NCBI GenBank assembly: GCA_002483105.1
Contig: DLHG01000011.1
Coordinates: 190,497 to 254,496 of the forward strand
DNA: 64,000 bases
Direction: 5' to 3'
Source of the DNA: Bacteroidetes bacterium UBA7674
GTDB lineage: Bacteria; Bacteroidota; Bacteroidia; Chitinophagales; Chitinophagaceae
Shown here: piece by piece, positions 55,414-64,000 of the stretch
How positions within the stretch are numbered: position 1 is the first letter of the stretch
Layout: every line of letters begins with the position of its first letter
Translations under genes and position numbers: made by a program
The notes under the pieces: model-generated
Told to the model about the DNA's origin: nothing
Database searches by the model: none
Seen by the model: the letters and a program-made list of their open reading frames with translations, nothing else

Positions 55414-56635
55414 TCTCAAAACCTCCTTCCTTCCAATATTCACCAAGATTTCCAGATTCTGTTAAATAGATTTTCAATGCTTGATAATCATTCTTTGACA
55501 GAGCAGTTGTCAATTTTGAGGCAGTAGTTCCTTTGCCTTTTTCTTTTTTTACAATTACAATATTCTCTGGAGATAATTTATCTAATACAAAATCCGAGTG
55601 CGTACTTATTATTATTTGTTTATTTTCATTGTCAAGTATTAAGCTTAATACACTATTGAGCAGACCATGATGAACACAGACTTCTGGTTCTTCTATTAAA
55701 AGGATTCTGTTTTCGTCTGTTAGAATATAAAAAACTAAGGCAAGGGTTTTGAATGTGCCTTCTGATAATTGATTTGGAGACAATAAATACCCATCGATAT
55801 CTATACATGGTACAATTATCTGTCTGCTTCTTTCTATCTTAAGAATTTTCCCTCCAGACTTAACTTTATAACTATTAGAAGGAATATCTACCTCATCGAA
55901 TCGAAGGTCATTAATCAAACCAATGCCATTTGTGTTAACCGTTGAAATGAATTTTTCAAAAGTTTTTTTATTATTCTTATATGTAAAGTATAAATCACTT
56001 AAAAATATCTCGTGAGTTGAGCTTCGTAAATTAGATCGCCCAAGACGATGGTCTTCAATTTCGATTGATATTGGACACTTCGTAGGGTCTGAGAACTGAC
56101 TTGCGCTATAATAACTTTGATGTTTTAAATATTTAACTACGGAGATAATAATCTTGATGTCATCTCTAGTACAGTCGATTTGTCTAGTATCATAATAGAA
56201 GAAAATTCTCTCATTTATTTGTCTAGGATGATGTCTGTACAATTCAAACGCTTCAGGGATAATATCAATCCATTTTCCATTACCATTTATATTTCTAAGA
56301 TTAATTTTTAAAAATGAAGCCTTCACTTCGTCATTATTCTTGTCGTCTGTTTCAATAAAAATGTCACCTTTTATATATATATCTTTACCATTGTCATTAA
56401 GTGTCATTTGAATATTCGTACTAGTTTCAAATCCATATTGTTTCCTGAATTCTTTAATAGAACGCGAATATCGATCCCCTCGAGTCTTCTTAAATAATTG
56501 TAGTGCATTTAAAATATTGCTTTTGCCTACTCCATTTATCCCTATTAGGCATGTGAGTTTGGGATTTAAATCAAATTTAGTTTTCAAGCATGACCTATAA
56601 TTGTCAACTTGGAATTTTGTTATTCTCATTTTCAA
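55406..56635 (-). CDS. ABC/SMC/RecF-like ATPase (AAA_15/AAA_21 type)
   Basis: 409 aa; Walker A GINGVGKS (56519-56542), LSEGTFK signature-like, Walker B ILLIEEPE, H-loop ISTHSD; no TM segment. Confidence 0.8.
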   Translation of the reverse strand: MKMRITKFQVDNYRSCLKTKFDLNPKLTCLIGINGVGKSNILNALQLFKKTRGDRYSRSIKEFRKQYGFETSTNIQMTLNDNGKDIYIKGDIFIETDDKNNDEVKASFLKINLRNINGNGKWIDIIPEAFELYRHHPRQINERIFFYYDTRQIDCTRDDIKIIISVVKYLKHQSYYSASQFSDPTKCPISIEIEDHRLGRSNLRSSTHEIFLSDLYFTYKNNKKTFEKFISTVNTNGIGLINDLRFDEVDIPSNSYKVKSGGKILKIERSRQIIVPCIDIDGYLLSPNQLSEGTFKTLALVFYILTDENRILLIEEPEVCVHHGLLNSVLSLILDNENKQIIISTHSDFVLDKLSPENIVIVKKEKGKGTTASKLTTALSKNDYQALKIYLTESGNLGEYWKEGGFENE

Positions 56636-56738
56636 GAATGTTGTGGGATAAAAGTATAATTCTATAATTACAAATTAACCAGTCAAAAGACGGTACTCAT
56701 CAATTATTTTGCCCCTACCATATATGCACAAAATATCG

Positions 56739-56746
56739 TAACTTTG
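56739..56746 (+). promoter_or_regulatory. TAnnTTTG -7 box (TAACTTTG) upstream of ileS
   Basis: Consensus match 30 nt before ATG 56776. Confidence 0.45.
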
Positions 56747-56775
56747 CGCCTTATTTTTAGCTTTGGGTGAGGTCT

Positions 56776-59700
56776 ATGTTGGATAAATATAAGGAATACA
56801 AGCAGTTAAGCATGCCGGCCATAGAAAAGGAGATCCTTGATCTGTGGAAGGAAACAAAAGCATTTGAAAAGAGTGTCAGCCAGAGAGAGGGGGCAGTGCC
56901 GTTCGTATTTTATGAAGGTCCGCCCAGTGCTAATGGTATGCCCGGCATTCACCACGTAATTTCCCGCACATTAAAGGACCTTGTCTGCCGTTACAAAACG
57001 ATGCAGGGTTACCAGGTAAAGCGTAAGGCTGGTTGGGATACCCATGGCCTGCCGGTAGAGCTGGGTGTGGAAAAGGAATTGGGCATCACGAAGGAAGATA
57101 TAGGCATCAAAATAAGTGTAGAGGACTATAACAAGAAGTGCCGTGAAGTGGTGATGCGCTACAAGGATAAGTGGGAAGAGATCACTGAGAAGATGGGGTA
57201 TTGGGTGGATATGACAGACCCGTACATCACTTTCGATAATAAATATATAGAAACACTGTGGTGGGCGCTGAAGCAGCTTTATGATAAGGACTACTTATAT
57301 AAGAGCGTCAGCATACAACCTTATTCGCCTGCTGCGGGCACAGGGCTGAGCAGCCATGAGCTGAATCAGCCGGGTACTTATAAGGATGTGAAGGATACTA
57401 CGGTGGTGGCGATGTTTGAGTTGAGCAAGATCAGCGGACAGTCGCACAACCAGTTGCAGATAGCCATACATGATATAGCGATCAAGGCATGGGCACCATA
57501 TGTGCAGCAGCCGATAGGTGGGGGTATGGCATCTGCCGAAGAAGCCGGCAGGGTACACTTTATGGCCTGGACGACCACTCCGTGGACGTTACCGAGCAAC
57601 TGCGGACTGACCGTAGGTCCGAACATAGACTACGTACTGGTGCAGACGTTCAACCCTTATACGCATAAGCCTGCGAATGTGATATTGGCCAAGCCGCTGC
57701 TGGGTAAATACTTTAAACCGGAAGGGGAGCATGCCGACTTCAGTATATATACTGCTGAGGAGAAGGTGTTGCCATGGAAGATACTGGCTGAATATAAAGG
57801 TAAGGACCTTGAAGGGCTCAGGTATGAGCAACTGATACCAACCGAAGGTAATACCCGCGAGATAGCCGGTGGTGATCCGTGGAGAGTGATAACGGGTGAC
57901 TTCGTGACGACTGAAGATGGTACGGGTATCGTGCATACTGCACCGGCCTTTGGTGCGGATGACTATAAGGTGGGCAAGAAAGCCAACATCGGGATACTGG
58001 TGATGGTGGACAAAGAGGGCAAGTTCATAGACTATATGAGCGAGTTCAGCGGCAGGTATGTAAAGAATTATAAGAACGATACGGAATATAAAGACGTGGA
58101 CGTGGATATAGCCGTGAAGCTGAAGCTAAGCGGTAATGCCTTTAAAGTAGAGAAATACGAACACACCTATCCGCACTGCTGGAGAACGGATAAGCCGATC
58201 ATATACTATCCGCTGGATGCGTGGTTCATACGTACCACGGCAGTGAAGGACAGGATGATAGAGCTGAACAAGACCATCAACTGGAAGCCTAAGGCGACAG
58301 GAGAGGGTAGGTTTGGTAACTGGCTGGAGAACATGGTGGACTGGAACCTGAGCCGTAGCCGCTTCTGGGGAACGCCGTTGCCTGTATGGGTGAGTGAAGA
58401 TGGTAGTGAAGTAAAATGCATCGGCTCGATAGAAGAACTGATGGATGAGGTGAAGAAAGCCAATAAGGAATTACACCTGAACCAGCTGCTGGATGATGAA
58501 TACCACAAGAGTGAAGGACTGAAAGTAGTAGAGAAGCTGACAATGGGCCTGATACATGATAAACATGTGCCGAGCCAGTTGGACCTGCATAAGCCATTCG
58601 TTGACCAGATAATACTGGTGAGCGATAGCGGTAAGCCGATGCATCGTGAGCCGGACCTGGTGGATGTATGGTTTGATAGTGGCGCAATGCCCTATGCGCA
58701 GCTGCACTACCCGTTCGAGAACAAAGGACAGTTGAAATATAATTTCCCTGCTGACTTCATAGCCGAAGGCGTGGATCAGACGAGGGGATGGTTCTATACG
58801 CTGCATGCACTGGGTGTGATGTTGTTTGATAACGTTGCCTATAAGACGGTTGTCTCTAATGGCCTTGTTCTGGATAAGAACGGGAACAAGATGAGTAAGC
58901 GTGTGGGCAATGTGGTAGATCCGTTTGAAACACTGGAAAAATACAGCGCTGATGCAACGAGGTGGTACCTCATCACCAATGCTTCTCCGTGGGATAGCCT
59001 GAAGTTTGACCTGGAAGGTATAAAGGAAGTGCAGCGTAAGTACTTCGGTACTTTATATAATACTTATCAATTCTTCGCGTTGTATGCTAACGTGGATAAG
59101 TTCACCTTTAAAGAAAGGTATATCCCGGTACATAAACGTCCGGAGATAGACAGGTGGATACTTTCTTCGCTGCATACATTGGTGAAAGATGTGACCAAAT
59201 ACATGGACGACTATGAGCCTACACAGGCGGGTAGGGCCATGGAGTACTTCCTGGATGAGCACCTGAGTAACTGGTATGTAAGGCTTTGCCGCCGCCGGTT
59301 CTGGAAAGGAGAATATGAGCATGATAAGATATGTGCGTATCAAACGTTATATGAATGTTTGGAAACACTGACCCTGTTGATGGCCCCGATAGCTCCGTTC
59401 TTCTCTGACTGGATGTATAAAAACCTGAATTCGGTGACCCACCGTCTGCCGGGTAATGCATCCGTTCACCTGGCAGATTTCCCGGCTGTGGATGAGAGTG
59501 TGATAGATACCGAGCTTGAAGAAAGGATGCAAATGGCACAGGATATATCCTCGCTGGTACTGTCCATCAGGAAGAAAGTGAACATACGTGTAAGACAACC
59601 CCTACAGAAGATATTGATACCCGTAATGGACAAACACATGCGGGAGCAGATACAGAAAATAGAGGAGCTGATAAAGAACGAGGTGAATGTAAAGCAATTC

Positions 59701-60255
59701 GAGTATCTTACTGAAACAGAAGGATTTATAAAGAAGAAGCTAAAGCCGAACTTCAAATCTTTAGGTGCCCGTATGGGAGCTAAGATGAAGTCGGTAGCAG
59801 CGGCAATAACGCTTCTGGATCAGCACCAGATAACCGAGTTGGAAAATGACAAAGGTTATGTGTTGACCGTTGATGGCGAGGCAATAAGCATCAGCCTGGA
59901 AGACGTAGATATAATAGCTGAAGATATACCGGGATGGAGTGTGGCCAATAAGGACAGCCTGACCGTTGCGCTTGATATAACCATCAGCCCTGAACTGCAA
60001 GATGAAGGCAATGCAAGAGAGCTGGTGAATCGTATACAAAAAATACGTAAAGAGAGCGGATTGGAGCTTACGGACAGAATTAATGTAAAGATACAGGAGT
60101 ATGAACCTTTAAAATCTGCAATTATTAATTTTGGTGATTATATTTGCGCGGAAATTTTAGCTGATAACATACAGATTACGAACAATTTAATAGAAGGGAC
60201 AGAGATAGAAGTAAATGAAGCAAATTTAAAAGTGTTAATAAATAAAACTCCCTAA
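56776..60255 (+). CDS. ileS: isoleucine--tRNA ligase
   Basis: Track ORF starts at GTG 56767; ATG at 56776 preferred; class I HIGH-type PSANGMPGIHHV, KMSKS-type KMSKRVGN, editing (CP1) domain, about 1160 aa type-2 IleRS length. Confidence 0.95.
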   Translation: MLDKYKEYKQLSMPAIEKEILDLWKETKAFEKSVSQREGAVPFVFYEGPPSANGMPGIHHVISRTLKDLVCRYKTMQGYQVKRKAGWDTHGLPVELGVEKELGITKEDIGIKISVEDYNKKCREVVMRYKDKWEEITEKMGYWVDMTDPYITFDNKYIETLWWALKQLYDKDYLYKSVSIQPYSPAAGTGLSSHELNQPGTYKDVKDTTVVAMFELSKISGQSHNQLQIAIHDIAIKAWAPYVQQPIGGGMASAEEAGRVHFMAWTTTPWTLPSNCGLTVGPNIDYVLVQTFNPYTHKPANVILAKPLLGKYFKPEGEHADFSIYTAEEKVLPWKILAEYKGKDLEGLRYEQLIPTEGNTREIAGGDPWRVITGDFVTTEDGTGIVHTAPAFGADDYKVGKKANIGILVMVDKEGKFIDYMSEFSGRYVKNYKNDTEYKDVDVDIAVKLKLSGNAFKVEKYEHTYPHCWRTDKPIIYYPLDAWFIRTTAVKDRMIELNKTINWKPKATGEGRFGNWLENMVDWNLSRSRFWGTPLPVWVSEDGSEVKCIGSIEELMDEVKKANKELHLNQLLDDEYHKSEGLKVVEKLTMGLIHDKHVPSQLDLHKPFVDQIILVSDSGKPMHREPDLVDVWFDSGAMPYAQLHYPFENKGQLKYNFPADFIAEGVDQTRGWFYTLHALGVMLFDNVAYKTVVSNGLVLDKNGNKMSKRVGNVVDPFETLEKYSADATRWYLITNASPWDSLKFDLEGIKEVQRKYFGTLYNTYQFFALYANVDKFTFKERYIPVHKRPEIDRWILSSLHTLVKDVTKYMDDYEPTQAGRAMEYFLDEHLSNWYVRLCRRRFWKGEYEHDKICAYQTLYECLETLTLLMAPIAPFFSDWMYKNLNSVTHRLPGNASVHLADFPAVDESVIDTELEERMQMAQDISSLVLSIRKKVNIRVRQPLQKILIPVMDKHMREQIQKIEELIKNEVNVKQFEYLTETEGFIKKKLKPNFKSLGARMGAKMKSVAAAITLLDQHQITELENDKGYVLTVDGEAISISLEDVDIIAEDIPGWSVANKDSLTVALDITISPELQDEGNARELVNRIQKIRKESGLELTDRINVKIQEYEPLKSAIINFGDYICAEILADNIQITNNLIEGTEIEVNEANLKVLINKTP

Positions 60256-60265
60256 ATAACGAGTT

Positions 60266-61504
60266 ATGGCCACACAAAAAAAACCGGCTGCCAAGCCAAT
60301 CAAGAATGCAAAAGCATCTGCAAAACCTGCAAAGAAGGCCGCACCGGCCAAAAAAGTTGTGGCGACTAATAAGAAGGGAAATGTAGCGAAGAAAGCCGCT
60401 CCAGCTAAAAAGGTAGTAAAACCTGTAGCAAAAAAGGCCGCACCCGCTAAGAAGACTGAGAACAAAAAGGCGGCGCCTGCTCCTAAAAAAGTGGCACCTG
60501 CGAAGGCTAATTCAAAAAAAGGAACAAAAACTGTGAGTAAAGCAAACGATAAAGCAAAGAAGGCAGCACCTGCAAAGAAGGCTGCTCCGGCAAAGAAAGC
60601 GGCAGTTGCACCTAAGAAGGCAGCACCTGCCAAGAAAGCTGCTCCTGCTAAAAAGGCGGCACCTGCTCCTAAGAAAGCGGCTCCTGTAGCAAAGAAGGCA
60701 GCACCTGCTCCTAAGAAAGCAGAAGTGAAAAAAGCACCTGCAAAAGTAGAAGCGAAAAAAGCTGCTCCTGTAAAACCAACACCTGCTCCTGCTAAGGCGG
60801 AAATAAAAAAGGGCCCGGTAGCGAAACCCCAGGAAGCGCCTATGAAAGGCTCACCTGCTGATAAGGCGCCCGAAGCAGCCCCTGCAAAGAAAGGCAAGAA
60901 AGTAAAAGCACCTGTGAAGAAAATAATAGTACAGACTATTACACATACTTCATCGAGGCCGATGCCTAACCGCCAGGCTTTGCGTGAAGAAAAGAAACCA
61001 ACGGTAGTGATCGCTCACCGCCGCCTAGAGAATAAATCAAAGAAAGACGACAATAACAAAACAATGGTGAGTTACCAACCGGAAACTTACCGTTCAATAT
61101 TAGACGAACCACAACAACAAACTGGACCAGTGTACAGATATAGCGACGAGGAACTTAACGAGTTCAAAGAATTGATAACAGGACGCCTGGAAGCAGCGCG
61201 TAAAGAGTTAGTTTACCTTCAAGGGTTGATAACACGTAAGGATGAAGCGGGTACAGAAGATACTGAGAACCGCTACATGAATATGGAAGATGGTAGCGGC
61301 GCTATGGAACGTGAGCAATTAGCTCAGCTTGCGAGCCGCCAGATACAGTTCATCAACCACCTGGAAAAGGCGATGATGCGTATTGAAAACAAAACGTATG
61401 GTATTTGCCGTGTAACGGGTAAGCTGATAGACAAAGCACGCCTTCGTGCTGTGCCGCATGCTACCTTGAGCATTGAGGCCAAGAATACAATGACGAAGAA
61501 GTAA
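60266..61504 (+). CDS. DksA/TraR-family regulator with about 285-aa Lys/Ala/Pro-rich (histone H1-like) N-terminal extension
   Basis: 412 aa; aa 1-217 are AKKAAPAKK-type repeats; C-terminal aa 290-412 (nt 61133-61504) YRYSDEELNEFKELI ... RIENKTYGICRVTGKLIDKARLRAVPHATLSIEAK matches the Bacteroidota DksA/TraR type. Confidence 0.7.
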   Translation: MATQKKPAAKPIKNAKASAKPAKKAAPAKKVVATNKKGNVAKKAAPAKKVVKPVAKKAAPAKKTENKKAAPAPKKVAPAKANSKKGTKTVSKANDKAKKAAPAKKAAPAKKAAVAPKKAAPAKKAAPAKKAAPAPKKAAPVAKKAAPAPKKAEVKKAPAKVEAKKAAPVKPTPAPAKAEIKKGPVAKPQEAPMKGSPADKAPEAAPAKKGKKVKAPVKKIIVQTITHTSSRPMPNRQALREEKKPTVVIAHRRLENKSKKDDNNKTMVSYQPETYRSILDEPQQQTGPVYRYSDEELNEFKELITGRLEAARKELVYLQGLITRKDEAGTEDTENRYMNMEDGSGAMEREQLAQLASRQIQFINHLEKAMMRIENKTYGICRVTGKLIDKARLRAVPHATLSIEAKNTMTKK

Positions 61505-61562
61505 GGTTGATTGGTTGACTAGTTGATAAGTTAACCGGCTGATAGGGTCAATATAAAAATAC

Positions 61563-61595
61563 TACCGCTGTCCTTTTAGGGCAGCGGTATTTGTG
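61563..61595. terminator. bidirectional terminator hairpin
   Basis: taccgctgtcc ttttag ggcagcggta followed by tttgtgtttt, between convergent genes. Confidence 0.6.
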
Positions 61596-61601
61596 TTTTC
61601 G

Positions 61602-62390
61602 TTATTGTGTGACGGCAATCATCACGCCGAAGTTGCCGCCGAGCTGAAGGCGACCGAGGGCAGGGATGTATGATCTGCAGATGGCGCCATCCATGTAGAG
61701 AGCATTGTTGCAAAAGAGTTTGTCTTTGAAGAGTGTAGCGAAGTCGTAGAAATTACAGCCTGCGTTTGAGATGGCGAATATTATTTCTCCTTTAGCGTTT
61801 ATGCCGACACCGCTTCTTATGTAGCCGTTGTTTGGTGAGCCTTGTTTGAAAGTGTTGTTTACTTTTCCGTTGATGACGAGCATTGGGCCGGATTGTGTCG
61901 CGTATAATGTTTGACCTTTATAGGACGAGTAGTTATCTGTTGTCAGTATCTTCCCTTCTATTCTGGTCAACAAGAAAACGCCATTGGGCTGCATATAGAA
62001 ATTTGCATTGCTGACTTTCTTTTTCTTGTCTAATGGGCAAAGCGTATCGCCGCTCTCAACATATAATCCTTGTGGTGAATTGTCTTCGAGATATATTCCA
62101 GCGTTGGTGGCGAAGAGTAGTTTCTTCCCTTTGTTCTCAATGTGTTTTTTGAGGTTGTTGAGGCTGATAAGTTTGTTGCCGTTATCGTCTTTCCAACAGA
62201 GTTGGATATTGCTGCCCGTATAATTCACAATATAGACATCGAATGTCTGTTGCTTGTGAGTTACTGTGTAGGCCCTGTTCTTTAGATTGTGTTGTGCAGG
62301 TTTATTTACCTGTGCGTTAACCCCGGTTTGCGCAATTGTAATGACGGAGGTAGCTAAGCTTAGAAGTATAATTGCGTTTTTGATATTCAT
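61602..62390 (-). CDS. phosphodiester glycosidase (DUF2233/NAGPA) family protein
   Basis: 262 aa; signal peptide; FATNAGIY ... QSGPMLVINGKV ... RSGVGINAKGEIIFAIS blocks. Confidence 0.6.
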   Translation of the reverse strand: MNIKNAIILLSLATSVITIAQTGVNAQVNKPAQHNLKNRAYTVTHKQQTFDVYIVNYTGSNIQLCWKDDNGNKLISLNNLKKHIENKGKKLLFATNAGIYLEDNSPQGLYVESGDTLCPLDKKKKVSNANFYMQPNGVFLLTRIEGKILTTDNYSSYKGQTLYATQSGPMLVINGKVNNTFKQGSPNNGYIRSGVGINAKGEIIFAISNAGCNFYDFATLFKDKLFCNNALYMDGAICRSYIPALGRLQLGGNFGVMIAVTQ

Positions 62391-62521
62391 ATATCAGGCT
62401 TCAATACAAAGATGCAGGAATAATAATATTTCATAACAAATTTGTTTTGATGTGAAGATTGGCTGTGTTTTTTGTATTTTAGTAAAGGCTTTTATCCATA
62501 AATGCGAATAGTAAACCCGGC

Positions 62522-63694
62522 ATGAAAGTATTCCTAGTCATTTTAGTTGTTTTGTGTTTAGCATACTCACCAGTGTTGGCTCAGAACCTGAAAGTACATA
62601 TGAACTGGGATTATAAAAATCCCGAGAAAGAAAAAGCATTCCAGGTTTGGAAACAATATGTGAACCAGAATGAAGGAAGAGATACTTTCTGGCACGAAAC
62701 TGACATCAGGAAATTCAAAGGTGTGGACCTGCTAAAAAGCGCAGTAGGGTTTGGAGGGCATCTCTATAAATTCCGCTTTAGCTATAACGTCCTGAGTATT
62801 TCCGGAGTAGAAAATGACTTCCTGATAAAAACAGCGCTGTATTCGGTAGTAAACGATTCCCTCGTATCTGACCAATTAAACCTGTTTGCCATAGTTAATG
62901 TTATGGCCATAAAAACAGGAAATACTTATAAGCTATCCAACTACCTTAATTACACAACTGCAAACTGGAAGGAAGAGCAGATAGGTAATATTGTCTATCA
63001 TTATCCTTATACCCACCATTTCGACCGACAGAAAGCCATCAAAGCAAACGCGTTTATCGATACGCTGCAAGATTGGTTCGGCTTCACCGCCGGTACATTA
63101 CATTATTATATCCCGTTGAATTGCACAGAAGGCTACAGGATGGTTGGATTCGATTATTACCAAGGGGAGGGTAAAGAGCCTAACCTTTGTGGCTATTTTG
63201 ATGATGAAAACAATATTATCTATTCTAATTCTACCGCAGGTGAATTATACAGGCACGAATTGATACACACGGTAAACAGGTCGTTCCCCAATGCCAATGC
63301 ATATCTCCTTGCCGGCCTTTCCGCGTATATAGATGATGCCGGGTCAATGGGGAAATCTGAAAAAGAGCATATCAGGATATTTCAAAAGTACATGGAAACC
63401 CATCCCACTGATCTAAATAAGTTTACTGAGATCAGGAATGTTGCTGAAAGCACTGTTGGGGTTTATATTTTCAGAGCAGTTATCTGCAATGCGCTGCTGA
63501 AGAAGGGTGGGCTGCCTTTGCTGAAAGAGGCATTGAATCAAGACACTGAGAGTGACGAAAGATTAATAGCGTATTTACAACGTACATTGGCAATAGCAGA
63601 CTTTAATGATTTTTTCAATAGAGAGTTTAAGTTGTTCCTGAAGCAGCCGAATGTATTGCTGCGAACAGAATCAGGCCAGATAAAAAAGAGATAA
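62522..63694 (+). CDS. hypothetical secreted protein
   Basis: 390 aa; signal peptide MKVFLVILVVLCLAYSPVLAQ; contains HELIH (possible HExxH) but context is weak. Confidence 0.45.
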   Translation: MKVFLVILVVLCLAYSPVLAQNLKVHMNWDYKNPEKEKAFQVWKQYVNQNEGRDTFWHETDIRKFKGVDLLKSAVGFGGHLYKFRFSYNVLSISGVENDFLIKTALYSVVNDSLVSDQLNLFAIVNVMAIKTGNTYKLSNYLNYTTANWKEEQIGNIVYHYPYTHHFDRQKAIKANAFIDTLQDWFGFTAGTLHYYIPLNCTEGYRMVGFDYYQGEGKEPNLCGYFDDENNIIYSNSTAGELYRHELIHTVNRSFPNANAYLLAGLSAYIDDAGSMGKSEKEHIRIFQKYMETHPTDLNKFTEIRNVAESTVGVYIFRAVICNALLKKGGLPLLKEALNQDTESDERLIAYLQRTLAIADFNDFFNREFKLFLKQPNVLLRTESGQIKKR

Positions 63695-63697
63695 GTT

Positions 63698-64000
63698 ATG
63701 TATCAATTTAAGGAAACACAAAGGTTCAGGCAATGGTGGTTGTGGCTGCTGATGGTGATAAGCGTATTGCCGATCCCTGCAATGTGGGTGGTTGAGTATA
63801 CAAAGGGAAATGAACTTGATCTGTGGGAGTTGATATTGGTGTCAGTTTTGCCAGTGCTGGTGTTGCTTTTGTTTTTTGCGATGAAGTTGACAACAAGAAT
63901 TGACAGTACGGGAGTCCACTACAGATTTATTCCGTTTCATTTTAAGGAGCGGACGGTAGCCTGGGATGTAATTGAAAGTGCACAAATACGAAAGTATAAT
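63698..64000 (+). CDS. hypothetical membrane protein, N-terminal 101 codons (runs off right edge)
   Basis: Not in track; ATG 63698 opens a frame to the window end: MYQFKETQRFRQWWLWLLMVISVLPIPAMWVV...LILVSVLPVLVLLLFFAM (two TM helices). Confidence 0.4.
   Translation, partial: MYQFKETQRFRQWWLWLLMVISVLPIPAMWVVEYTKGNELDLWELILVSVLPVLVLLLFFAMKLTTRIDSTGVHYRFIPFHFKERTVAWDVIESAQIRKYN

Noticed and set aside
60235-60897. 220-aa ORF (FAGAAFLAGAA...) on the minus strand
   Set aside because: It is the antisense shadow of the Lys/Ala/Pro repeat region. GCN/AAR repeat composition keeps both strands open, and the plus-strand frame continues into a recognisable DksA domain.
62522-63694. HELIH in the 390-aa secreted protein as a metalloprotease HExxH site
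   Set aside because: A single pentapeptide without a recognisable third ligand or surrounding zincin context is too weak to call.
1-64000. Search for CRISPR arrays, rRNA, integrase/transposase genes, riboswitch-like leaders and T-box elements
   Set aside because: - No regularly spaced 25-40 nt direct repeats were seen.
- No ORF in the track carries tyrosine- or serine-recombinase motifs or DDE motifs.
- I recognised no conserved riboswitch cores in the longer leaders (3630-3871, 42090-42400, 45826-46107).
- This was an eye scan only, so small or degenerate elements could be missed.

Overview
This window looks like a Bacteroidota-type chromosome segment, probably from a Chitinophagaceae or Sphingobacteriia-like organism. 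The support is a T9SS C-terminal sorting domain, TAnnTTTG -7 promoter boxes, DUF4249/DUF2141/PepSY-like lipoproteins and several dispersed palindromic repeat families. I ran no homology search; every call rests on motifs read in the supplied translations or on my own hand translation.

About 70 CDS, one intact tRNA(CAU) and one degenerate tRNA remnant are supported.

- 1-34.2 kb is mostly housekeeping: trxB (partial), hppD-hmgA, a glycosyltransferase and oxidoreductase polysaccharide cluster, kdsC, an IscX-like/ferredoxin pair, plsC, ung, a TlpA-like redoxin, an ArsP-like permease cassette, an lptF/G-type permease, tgt, rsmG, a YebC-family regulator, dprA, rimO and der.
- 34.2-56.7 kb is accessory in character, with many small secreted proteins and lipoproteins, repeat mosaics and one truncated gene. 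It also holds two visibly AT-rich islands.
- 56.7-64 kb returns to ileS, a DksA-like gene with a long Lys/Ala/Pro-rich extension, and other genes.

Two best candidates for an undescribed system:
- 53765-56635 is a three-gene minus-strand operon: an ABC/SMC-type ATPase, a TOPRIM-like DUF4276 protein with a coupled stop/start overlap, and a CBS-pair protein ending in an HEPN Rx4H domain.
- 34686-37569 holds a complete Hanks-type Ser/Thr kinase with an unassignable C-terminal domain. It is convergent with two orphan genes, one carrying a possible PD-(D/E)xK-like motif.

No integrase, transposase, CRISPR array or rRNA gene is visible.
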